Source: Gemmatimonadota bacterium (GTDB taxonomy: Bacteria; Latescibacterota; UBA2968; UBA8231). From it: DNA of 46,561 nucleotides. Below the pieces are notes generated by a model. It was not told the DNA's origin. It ran no database searches and worked only from the letters and a program-made list of their open reading frames with translations. Numbering within the stretch: the first letter of the stretch is position 1; each line of letters begins with the position of its first letter. A program made the position numbers and the translations under genes. The stretch spans positions 1 to 46,561 of the forward strand of contig JAYPJE010000002.1 in assembly GCA_038128265.1 (NCBI GenBank), read 5' to 3'. Shown here piece by piece: positions 36,604 through 44,886 of this stretch.

Positions 36604-38595
36604 ATGCTGATTAGAGTGCCCGCAGGGGAGGTCATAGAACACGAGGGTGGAGGTGCGCTAAAAGACATCCTCGTCGAAAGGGATAAGGGCTTATTAAAGG
36701 AGTATATCGCCGCTAAAATGGGCGGCGAACGCGTTGACTTTCACACCCAGCTAGCGGCCGATGCCGAGGTAGAGTTAATCGCGTGGGACGATCCAGAAGC
36801 GGCATGGATCTATCGCCACAGCCTCTCGCACGTGCTGGCTCAGGCCGTTCTGCGGCTCTTTCCGGATGCAAAGCTGGCGATTGGGCCGGCGATTGAAGAT
36901 GGTTTCTACTACGATTTTGATGTCGAACAGCCTTTTACGCCGGAAGACCTAACCCAAATCGAAAGGGAGATGAAGCGGGTCATAAAGCAGAACCACAAAT
37001 TTGAGCGCGTAGACGTATCGCGCGCAGACGCTGTGGAAATGATCGCCGGAGCACCCTATAAAATGGAGATCCTCCAGGATCTCGAAGATGGTCAGCAGCT
37101 GTCCTTCTATAGGGACGGCGAATTTGTCGACCTGTGTCGAGGGCCGCACATGCTGGGCACGGGGCAGGTTAAGCACTTTAAACTGCTCTCGGTGGCCGGA
37201 GCCTACTGGCGCGGCGACGAGAAGCGCAAGATGCTGCAGCGCATCTACGGCACGGCGTTTGCAACGCGTGAGGCGCTCGACGCGCACGTGAAGATGTTGG
37301 AGGAAGCCAAAAAGCGCGACCATCGGGTATTGGGCCGGCAGCTGCGCCTCTTTCACATCGATGAGGAAGTGGGGCAGGGACTGATTCTATGGACGCCCAA
37401 CGGAGCCGTCGTGCGCAACGAATTGCAAACCTTCATATCGGCCGAGCTGCGTCGACAGGGCTATAGCCAGGTGTTTACACCCCATATTGGCAAGCTCGAC
37501 CTCTACCGCACGAGCGGCCACTTCCCCTACTACCAGGAGAGCCAGTACCCGCCGCTGATCGACCACGACCACATGCAGGGTCTGGCTGACGAGGGCTGTT
37601 CCTGCGGCGAGCTATCCAACCAAATGCGCGCGGGCGATATCGACGGCTATCTGCTCAAACCGATGAACTGTCCGCACCACATCAAGATTTTCGCATCGCA
37701 GATGCACAGTTATCGCGACCTGCCGGTGCGCCTGGCCGAGTTTGGTACGGTCTACCGCTGGGAGCAGTCGGGCGAATTGGGGGGCATGACGCGCGTGCGC
37801 GGCTTTACCCAAGACGATGCGCATCTGTTTTGCACCGAAGATCAGGTGGCCGGCGAACTGCTCGGTTGCTTAGAGCTGGTAAAAATCATCTTTGGCACGC
37901 TCGGCATGGAGGACTACCGCGTGCGCGTCGGGCTGCGCGATCCCGATAGCAGCAAGTACGTCGGCGATCCGGCCAAGTGGGACCGGGCTGAGGAAGCCTG
38001 CCGGCAGGCGGCCCAAAGTCTGGGCGTCGCCTTCAGTGAAGAAGCCGGTGAAGCCGCTTTTTACGGTCCCAAAATCGACTTTGTCGTCAAAGACGTCGTT
38101 GGGCGCGAATGGCAGCTCGGCACGGTGCAGGTCGACTACAACCTGCCCGAGCGCTTTGATTTGCAATACGTCGATGCCGAGGGCAAGGCGCAGCGCCCGG
38201 TGATGATTCACCGCGCGCCCTTTGGTTCGATGGAGCGCTTTGTCGGCGTGCTGATAGAGCACTTTGCCGGTGCGTTCCCCGTGTGGCTAGCGCCGGTGCA
38301 GGCAGTGGTGTTGCCGATCGCCGAACGCCACGCCGAATATGCCGAAGGAGTCTACCAGCAGCTGCGCGCTGCCGGGCTGCGCGTCGAACTCGATGCGGCT
38401 AACGAAACCCTCAACAAGCGCATTCGCCAGGCGCAGACGCGCAAGGTGCCCTACATGTTTATCGCCGGTGACCGCGAAGTGGAAGAGGGGCAGGTTTCCG
38501 TGCGCCTGCGTTCAGGGGACAATCTCGATCCGCTCAGTGCGGCACAGGCCGTTGAACTGCTGCGCGACAAGGTGGCCGAAAAGGCGCTTCTCTAG
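36604..38595 (+). CDS. thrS: Threonine--tRNA ligase
   Basis: RHSLSH editing motif, DLCRGPH, KPMNCP, RVRGFTQDDAH, AFYGPKID, IHRA. GAGGAG RBS supports the start at 36604. Confidence 0.98.
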   Translation: MLIRVPAGEVIEHEGGGALKDILVERDKGLLKEYIAAKMGGERVDFHTQLAADAEVELIAWDDPEAAWIYRHSLSHVLAQAVLRLFPDAKLAIGPAIEDGFYYDFDVEQPFTPEDLTQIEREMKRVIKQNHKFERVDVSRADAVEMIAGAPYKMEILQDLEDGQQLSFYRDGEFVDLCRGPHMLGTGQVKHFKLLSVAGAYWRGDEKRKMLQRIYGTAFATREALDAHVKMLEEAKKRDHRVLGRQLRLFHIDEEVGQGLILWTPNGAVVRNELQTFISAELRRQGYSQVFTPHIGKLDLYRTSGHFPYYQESQYPPLIDHDHMQGLADEGCSCGELSNQMRAGDIDGYLLKPMNCPHHIKIFASQMHSYRDLPVRLAEFGTVYRWEQSGELGGMTRVRGFTQDDAHLFCTEDQVAGELLGCLELVKIIFGTLGMEDYRVRVGLRDPDSSKYVGDPAKWDRAEEACRQAAQSLGVAFSEEAGEAAFYGPKIDFVVKDVVGREWQLGTVQVDYNLPERFDLQYVDAEGKAQRPVMIHRAPFGSMERFVGVLIEHFAGAFPVWLAPVQAVVLPIAERHAEYAEGVYQQLRAAGLRVELDAANETLNKRIRQAQTRKVPYMFIAGDREVEEGQVSVRLRSGDNLDPLSAAQAVELLRDKVAEKALL

Positions 38596-38608
38596 GGAGA
38601 AGCGGCGC

Positions 38609-39442
38609 CTACCGCGCCGTGCTTCCCGTCGTTTTAGCGCGTCCCCAGGTCTGTCCCTCAACCGCCGAGGGCAGCGCTATGCCCGGGCCGTCGTCGTCGC
38701 CCCCGTCGGTTGTAAACTCGGCCCATACGGGACGCCGCTGCGAAATGCCTTCGACTGCCTGCGCGTCTTCGCTGTGCTGGTCAAAAAAATCGACCCCGTG
38801 CACTCCGGTAAATTCGCGCGTGAGGGCGTCCACTAGGTAGATATTGGCGCTGGCGCCGCTCCCATCGAGGGCGACGGGAACGTCCAACGGGAGTGCGTTG
38901 CGTAGCGGGGCGGGGCTGGGGGTGGGTTCGGCCAGCGAGGTAAAGAGGAGTATATCGCCTTCTTCGGGCAGGCGTTGGAGCATGTCTTGGTAGGCCTGTT
39001 CCAACTCGGTCGCTGCGCTGGCGGCCGGTGCACGGGTTTGGTAGTTGAGGGCGACAAAGTCGAAGTCGCCAGCGCGAAACGCAGCGTAGACCGGACGGCG
39101 TTCGGCACCGATGTCGAGAAACGAGCCCGGCGCCAGGATCTGCACGCGCCGGTCGCGCCAGGCAAAGGCATAGCGCGTCTCGTCGGCAGCGGAGGGCTGT
39201 GACGGCAGCACCTTAAAAAAGTCGCCGCGGCGAAAGAGAATGGCCAGCAGTTGGTCGGCTGCAGCTAGGTCGCGTAGGTCTTGAATCGCCGCAAAGTCGT
39301 ACTGTTGTATGATGTCGGCTACCCCCTCTAAGTCGGAGTTCAGCGACAGCTCGCTGGCGTGGAAAGAGGTGACGCGCAGGGGTTGAGCCGTCGCCGATAA
39401 GGCCGACAGGAGCAGGGCCAAGCAGCAGATGCCACCATTCAT
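38609..39442 (-). CDS. Secreted DNase I/EEP-fold protein with degenerate active site and TWG..K C-terminal tail
   Basis: Signal peptide ending ATA-Q. EEP landmarks: LRVTSF, ADIIQQYD..AIQD, RYAFAW, R.PV.A.F, IS...PVWAEF. Ends PSAVEGQTWGRAKTTGSTAR. Confidence 0.75.
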   Translation of the reverse strand: MNGGICCLALLLSALSATAQPLRVTSFHASELSLNSDLEGVADIIQQYDFAAIQDLRDLAAADQLLAILFRRGDFFKVLPSQPSAADETRYAFAWRDRRVQILAPGSFLDIGAERRPVYAAFRAGDFDFVALNYQTRAPAASAATELEQAYQDMLQRLPEEGDILLFTSLAEPTPSPAPLRNALPLDVPVALDGSGASANIYLVDALTREFTGVHGVDFFDQHSEDAQAVEGISQRRPVWAEFTTDGGDDDGPGIALPSAVEGQTWGRAKTTGSTAR

Positions 39443-39463
39443 AGATCTCTTGCCTTTCTCTAC

Positions 39464-40183
39464 ATGGGATTCTTTAAAAAGATAAACTATATCGCGGGTA
39501 TTTTCTGGCATTTTCGCTACTATGCGCTCTGTGCTGCCCTCGCCCTAGTGTTTTGGGAAACGTCCTTTATAAAACCTTTTCGCTTTTTTGTCGTTCTCGT
39601 GCACGAGGTTAACCATGCTGCCGCTGCTCTGCTGAGCGGAGGGGAGGTAGTGGAAATGCGCACCCATTGGAACGAATCGGGCCATACGCTGACGCGGGGC
39701 GGCTTTTTTCCCCTTATTAGCGCAGCCGGCTATGTCGGTTCGGCTCTGTGGGGTGCGTTGCTCATCTATACCAGCCTCTATCCACAGGCCCAGCGCCTAG
39801 CGCTGCTGATCGTAGGCGCAGTATGCATGGGAATGACAATGAAATACACGCCGCTGGGCGGCCTTGATTTTTTTATCGGCATCGGCGGCGGGTTTGTGCT
39901 GATGGCCATGGCGATCAAATCGCAGCAGGCGGCGCGGGTGGGGTCGGTATGGATGGGCATTATGCTCTGCCTATACAGCCTGCATGACTTTCGAACGGAC
40001 CTACTCTACGTGCCCGAACGCACCGATGCCGGTATTTTGGCCGTATATCTGGGCATGCCGCCGGAAACGGCCTTCTTCCTTGCCTATCCCATTGCATTTA
40101 GCTGGGTGCTCTTCTCGCTTTCGGTCATGTACCGCGCGCTGCGTGCGCTCGTGCGCGACGAGGGGCGTCGGCGCAGCATATAA
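39464..40183 (+). CDS. M50B-like intramembrane metallopeptidase
   Basis: VHEVNHA (HExxH), GG, SAAGY.G, TDA..LA. Multiple transmembrane segments. Confidence 0.85.
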   Translation: MGFFKKINYIAGIFWHFRYYALCAALALVFWETSFIKPFRFFVVLVHEVNHAAAALLSGGEVVEMRTHWNESGHTLTRGGFFPLISAAGYVGSALWGALLIYTSLYPQAQRLALLIVGAVCMGMTMKYTPLGGLDFFIGIGGGFVLMAMAIKSQQAARVGSVWMGIMLCLYSLHDFRTDLLYVPERTDAGILAVYLGMPPETAFFLAYPIAFSWVLFSLSVMYRALRALVRDEGRRRSI

Positions 40184-40308
40184 GAGGGGACGACGTTGAA
40201 AGGGCAAAGGCGATAGGCTAATTTAAACAGACCTGCTCGGTTCGTTGTAGCCCAGTAGAGCGGGACCTTGCCTAAGCACATACGGGATTTTTTACGGAGA
40301 TATCTTCA

Positions 40309-42078
40309 ATGAGAATGAGTCAACTGTTTAGCACGACGCTGCGCGAAATCAGCGCCGACGCCGAAGTCGCTAGCCATCAGCTGCTGCTGCGCGCCGGTTA
40401 TATACGCCAGCTAGCCAGCGGAATTTTTAGCTATTTGCCGCTGGCGCAGCGCGCCCTGGGAAAGATCGAACACATTATTCGCGACGAGATGGATGCAATT
40501 GGCGGACAGGAGATCACTATGCCGGTCGTGCATCCTGCTGAAATATGGCAGCGCACGGGGCGCTACTACGCCATCGGCAGCGAGATGAGCCGATTTAAGG
40601 ACAAGAACGAGCGCGATATGGTGCTGGCCATGACGCACGAGGAAGTAGTTGCCGATCTAGTCAGCCGAGAGATCAAGAGCTATCGGCAGCTGCCCCAGCT
40701 CGTCTATCAACTGCAGACCAAGTGGCGCGACGATCCGCGGCCGCGCTCAGGGCTAATTCGCGTGCGCGAGTTCACGATGAAGGACAGCTACAGTCTTGAC
40801 GCAGACTGGGAGGGGCTGGAAAAACAGTACCGCGCCCACTACCAGGCCTATTTCAATATCTTTCGCCGCTGCGGCATTGACGCCATTGCCGTGGCCTCCG
40901 ATACGGGTATGATGGGCGGCAAAGTTGCGCATGAATACATGTATTTGACGCCGATTGGCGAGGACACGCTGCTGCTGTGCGATGGCTGCGGTTATTCGGC
41001 CAATCGGCAGATTGCCACCTTTAAGCGTGCGGCCGTTGCGGCCGAAGACGCGCTGGATATGGAAAAGGTCGCCACGCCCAATGCCGAAACAATCGAAGAG
41101 CTGGCCCAGTTCCTCGATATCGAGGCGAGCCGCACGGCCAAAGCCGTTTTTATGATGGCTACCGTAGGCGAGGGCGAAGAGCAAAAAGACCAGTTTGTGC
41201 TGGCGGTGATTCGCGGCGATATGGAGGTCAACGAAACCAAGCTGGCCAATGCGGTCGGCGCGCGCGAGATGTGGCCGGCCAATGCCGAGGAAATCGCCTC
41301 CGTAGGCGCGGTGCCCGGCTATGGCTCGCCGCTGGGCGTGCAGGGGGCATTGGTGGTTGTCGACGCGTCCATCGCCGATTCGCCAAATCTGGTCGCTGGC
41401 GCCAACGAGGGGGGCTATCACGTGCGCAATGTCAACTGCGGTCGCGACTATACACCGGATATAACGACGGATATTGCTGCGGCGGGGGAGGGGGATGGCT
41501 GTCCCCGCTGTGGACAGGCGATGCGCACGTCGCGCGGTGTAGAAGTTGGCAATATTTTCCAGCTCGGCACCAAGTATACCGAGGCGCTGGGCGGTGAGTT
41601 TCTCGATGCCAACGGCAAGTCTCAGCCGGTGATTATGGGTTCCTATGGAATTGGCGTCGGCCGTCTGCTGGCCTGCGTGGCAGAAGAGCACCACGACGAT
41701 GGTGGACTGATATGGCCGATATCTGTCGCGCCCTTTGGGGTGATGATCACGCTGCTGGCCAAGGGCGAAGGGGAAGCGCAGACGGTAGCGGAGAAGATCT
41801 ATGCGGATCTGAATGCGCGTGGCTTGGAAGTGCTGCTAGACGATCGGCGCGAAAATCCCGGCGTCAAATTTAACGACGCTGATCTGCTGGGCATACCCGT
41901 GCGTTTAACGGTGGGCGACCGCGGGCTGAAAAACGGCGTTGTAGAATTCAAACTACGCGGCGAAAGCGAACGCAGTGAAGTGGCTGTTGAAGCGGCTGTC
42001 GAGCACACCGTTGAAGCCGTTCGGCAATTGGAAGCCGAACTAGCGCAGCGCGTTGTCGAGGTAGAATACAAGGAGTAA
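40309..42078 (+). CDS. proS: Proline--tRNA ligase (bacterial type with editing insertion)
   Basis: SHQLLLRAG, THEE, RDDPRPR.GLIRVREF.MKD.YS, EVGNIFQLGTKY, MGSYGIGVGR, GVKFNDADLLG. Confidence 0.98.
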   Translation: MRMSQLFSTTLREISADAEVASHQLLLRAGYIRQLASGIFSYLPLAQRALGKIEHIIRDEMDAIGGQEITMPVVHPAEIWQRTGRYYAIGSEMSRFKDKNERDMVLAMTHEEVVADLVSREIKSYRQLPQLVYQLQTKWRDDPRPRSGLIRVREFTMKDSYSLDADWEGLEKQYRAHYQAYFNIFRRCGIDAIAVASDTGMMGGKVAHEYMYLTPIGEDTLLLCDGCGYSANRQIATFKRAAVAAEDALDMEKVATPNAETIEELAQFLDIEASRTAKAVFMMATVGEGEEQKDQFVLAVIRGDMEVNETKLANAVGAREMWPANAEEIASVGAVPGYGSPLGVQGALVVVDASIADSPNLVAGANEGGYHVRNVNCGRDYTPDITTDIAAAGEGDGCPRCGQAMRTSRGVEVGNIFQLGTKYTEALGGEFLDANGKSQPVIMGSYGIGVGRLLACVAEEHHDDGGLIWPISVAPFGVMITLLAKGEGEAQTVAEKIYADLNARGLEVLLDDRRENPGVKFNDADLLGIPVRLTVGDRGLKNGVVEFKLRGESERSEVAVEAAVEHTVEAVRQLEAELAQRVVEVEYKE

Positions 42079-42717
42079 ATGATGCCAATCGTGCGCAGTG
42101 AATCAGAGCGGATGCCGGCTTGGTGTCAGATGCGGCACTACGATATTGTGCGCTTAGAGCCGGGACAGCATCGCGAGTATCAGCGCAGCGGTGTGATGGA
42201 GAAGCTTATTGTTGGCCAGGGAAGCGGAACGCTGCGCGTTGGCGATGATGCAGTCGCCGTCGAAGGAGGGGCCAATATAGACATCGGTCTCGGCGATGCG
42301 CCCTTTGCCGTCCTGTCGGTAGAGCAGCCGATGGTGCTGGTGCGGATGTGCGGTGAATGGGGGAATGAGTGCGGTGGGTCGGGCCTGTTTCGCGGTGAAC
42401 ACTCGGATGCACCGCAGGACAAAGGCGATGCCGTAGACTACGAGAAGTGCACCAACTTCGACAGCCACTACCACGACTGTGACGAGTATTGGATACTATA
42501 CGAGGGCCGGGCCTCCGTCGTTACAGAAGGGCAGATGCACGACGTTGGTCCGGGCGATTGCGTGGCGACGGGCATGGGTTTTCACCACGACATAGCACGC
42601 GTGTATGAGCCCGTACGCGCCGTCTACTTTGAAACTACGCTCGAAGGTGAAAAACGACGTGGACATCTATGGGACCACACGCATGGAATCGCTCGGCCCC
42701 GCCTCGACCGCGTGTAA
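42079..42717 (+). CDS. Cupin-domain protein
   Basis: HYHDCDEYW and GDCV...G..HD cupin motifs. AAGGAG RBS within the 3' end of proS. Confidence 0.8.
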   Translation: MMPIVRSESERMPAWCQMRHYDIVRLEPGQHREYQRSGVMEKLIVGQGSGTLRVGDDAVAVEGGANIDIGLGDAPFAVLSVEQPMVLVRMCGEWGNECGGSGLFRGEHSDAPQDKGDAVDYEKCTNFDSHYHDCDEYWILYEGRASVVTEGQMHDVGPGDCVATGMGFHHDIARVYEPVRAVYFETTLEGEKRRGHLWDHTHGIARPRLDRV

Positions 42718-42749
42718 ATGGCTTTTAAGCACCGGCCGCCCCAGTTCTT

Positions 42750-43448
42750 CTACTGTTCCCACTCTTCTTCTGGCACAATCGCAATGTCCTGCGGTTCGTA
42801 GCCGATGACGCGTTTGCCGTGTTCCATATCGTAGAGCGGCCAGTTGCTTCCCGAAACGCCAAAGACGACTTCGTAGCCCACGCCGGGATGCGTGATGGCG
42901 CATTCGAATACGCGCACGCAGTCGCCGTGGCTCAGATGGTGGGGGTGTTCGGGTAGATCGCGTTCGCCGTTAAAGTTGCCAATGCGCACGCAGACGATTT
43001 CCATATCGTATTTTTGCACGTAGGAGTAGGCTAACGACTCGCCAAAGACCTTGCTGATGGTATAGTGGCCAACGGGACGTGGAACCATATCAGCCGTGCG
43101 CGTTAGCCGTTTGGGGTAGGGGCTCAGGACGCCGGCTCGACTGGCGTAGGCGATGCGCTTGACGCCGAGTATGCGCGCAGCTTCAAAGACGTGGTAGGTT
43201 CCAATGAAATTGCTCTGTAAGAGCGCATCCCAGTCGTCGCCTCCAGGCAGGCCGCCGAGGTGTACGACGGCATCCATGCCCTCGACCGCGCGCTGGACTG
43301 CGGCAAAGTCGTTCAGGTCAGAGACCACTTGGTCGTCGAGATCGGGTATGGCGACGCGGTCGTGGCCGCGCACGCTGTGGTTTTTTTGCAGTCCACGCAC
43401 GACGTGCTGACCTACGAGTCCGGCAGCGCCGGTGACTAAAACGCGCAT
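42750..43448 (-). CDS. NAD-dependent epimerase/dehydratase (uronate dehydrogenase-like SDR)
   Basis: TGAAGLVG, VHLGG, N..GT, YTISK (YxxxK), VRIG. Confidence 0.88.
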   Translation of the reverse strand: MRVLVTGAAGLVGQHVVRGLQKNHSVRGHDRVAIPDLDDQVVSDLNDFAAVQRAVEGMDAVVHLGGLPGGDDWDALLQSNFIGTYHVFEAARILGVKRIAYASRAGVLSPYPKRLTRTADMVPRPVGHYTISKVFGESLAYSYVQKYDMEIVCVRIGNFNGERDLPEHPHHLSHGDCVRVFECAITHPGVGYEVVFGVSGSNWPLYDMEHGKRVIGYEPQDIAIVPEEEWEQ

Positions 43449-43470
43449 AGTATGTTCTCCTTTAAAATGC

Positions 43471-44649
43471 TCATGCGGGATGCAGTACGAGCAGCGGGGC
43501 TTCCGCTGGACAGCCTAGGCGAAAGGGCAGCCAATGCCCTAGGCCTGAGGTTGTGTAGAGTTGGCTGGTTCCCCGGCGATACCGCCCCCAAATATAGCGA
43601 TCGGGCAGCAGCGAGTCGAAGAGGCTGCGGCCGCCGAGGCCAAGTTGGAAGCCGTGCGTATGTCCGGCCAGAGTCAAGTTGGTGCCGAGGGGGGCGGCGT
43701 AGTCGAGAGCCTGTGGCCGATGGCTGAGCAATAAGCTAAAGCTGCCGGCGGGCACTCCATCCATGGCCCGTTCGACCGAAGAGCGCAGATAGGCGTGCGA
43801 TTCCGGGCTGTTCAAGTAGCGCGGGTCGTCGGCCGCTGCAATGTATAGGCTGGTACCGTCGACGTCTATTGATCGCCCCTCACTAACTAAGAGCGGCAGC
43901 GTCGTCTGTGCAAAGAGGCGCCGCACTCGGCGTATGCCGCGGTGATACTCGTGGTTGCCCAGCGAACAGTAGGCACCCAGCGGTGTCGGAAAGGATTCGA
44001 GCAGGCGCAGCGTGTCCAGATAGTATGGCATGTGGTCGCACAAATCGCCGGTGATGAGCAACAGGTCCGGTTGTAGCGCCTCGCTGCGCAAGAGAATCTC
44101 TTCTAGGTCGCTCAGGCTGACGTAGGGACCTATGTGGATATCGCTAATGTGTAGAATGCGCAGTCCGTATAGTGGACGGGGCAGGTCGGTAAATCGAAGG
44201 TCGATCTGAGGCATGGCAACAGCAGCCCCAGCGCGTGCCAGGCCCCATGTGGTGCCGACCGATCCAACTGCGGGAACGGCGAGGAGCGCGCGATTTAAAA
44301 AGGCTCGACGTGCCGGAGAGGGCGGGGGCATGAGGTGCTGCCATAACGGGCGTGCCAGCAGGAATGGAGCGGCCGTGAGGAGGGCGATGAGTAGGCTGCC
44401 GAGGTAGAGGAATAGGGCGACTAGCACACTCCAGCCAACGATTTGCGCACCGTAAAGTGGGGTGGTGCGTCCGACGATCCACAGCCCGACGCTGATAAGG
44501 GCAATCGGTAGCTGTCCATAGAGCGCGTAGCGGAGCCAGCGCTGCGCCCACCAGCTTTTGTAGAGCGAGCGCAGCAGGGCTACGTCGAGGGCAAATACGA
44601 GTGCGTAGAGACCGCAAAAGGTCAGAACAAAGCGCATGGCCGCTGACAT
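43471..44649 (-). CDS. Membrane-anchored metallophosphoesterase (YkuE-like)
   Basis: N-terminal transmembrane segments, RRAFL, SDIH, TGD..D, GNHE, LSH.P, GHTHG. Start uncertain (44637, 44649 or 44682). Confidence 0.9.
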   Translation of the reverse strand: MSAAMRFVLTFCGLYALVFALDVALLRSLYKSWWAQRWLRYALYGQLPIALISVGLWIVGRTTPLYGAQIVGWSVLVALFLYLGSLLIALLTAAPFLLARPLWQHLMPPPSPARRAFLNRALLAVPAVGSVGTTWGLARAGAAVAMPQIDLRFTDLPRPLYGLRILHISDIHIGPYVSLSDLEEILLRSEALQPDLLLITGDLCDHMPYYLDTLRLLESFPTPLGAYCSLGNHEYHRGIRRVRRLFAQTTLPLLVSEGRSIDVDGTSLYIAAADDPRYLNSPESHAYLRSSVERAMDGVPAGSFSLLLSHRPQALDYAAPLGTNLTLAGHTHGFQLGLGGRSLFDSLLPDRYIWGRYRRGTSQLYTTSGLGHWLPFRLGCPAEAPLLVLHPA

Positions 44650-44886
44650 CGGGTTGTTGGAGGGGAGATGGCCAATGATCAAGGGGCGTCTGCCACTTCG
44701 TATAGGGTAGGCATAATCACACCGATGGCAAGAGCGAATGCAGTTCGAGAGTCCGTAAACCGATTTGCCGGGTTTTTTAGAGTCGGAGTATTTTCGTATT
44801 TTATAATGCTGATTTGTATACGCACCAGTAAGATGTCCACCTAGCTGCAGGTGTGCCGCAGAGGCACGTTCGATCAGTATAGATAC

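Noticed and set aside
40184..40308. Possible regulatory leader for proS (CCTGCTC/GAGCGGG and GGCAA/TTGCC pairings)
   Set aside because: No Pro-rich uORF, T-box motif or terminator. The short GC pairings are within chance expectation.
44750..44810. sigma28 promoter upstream of the FapA gene
   Set aside because: TAAA and GCCG are only about 7 nt apart and GATA is missing. Only a TATAAT (44802-44807) without a clear -35 is present.
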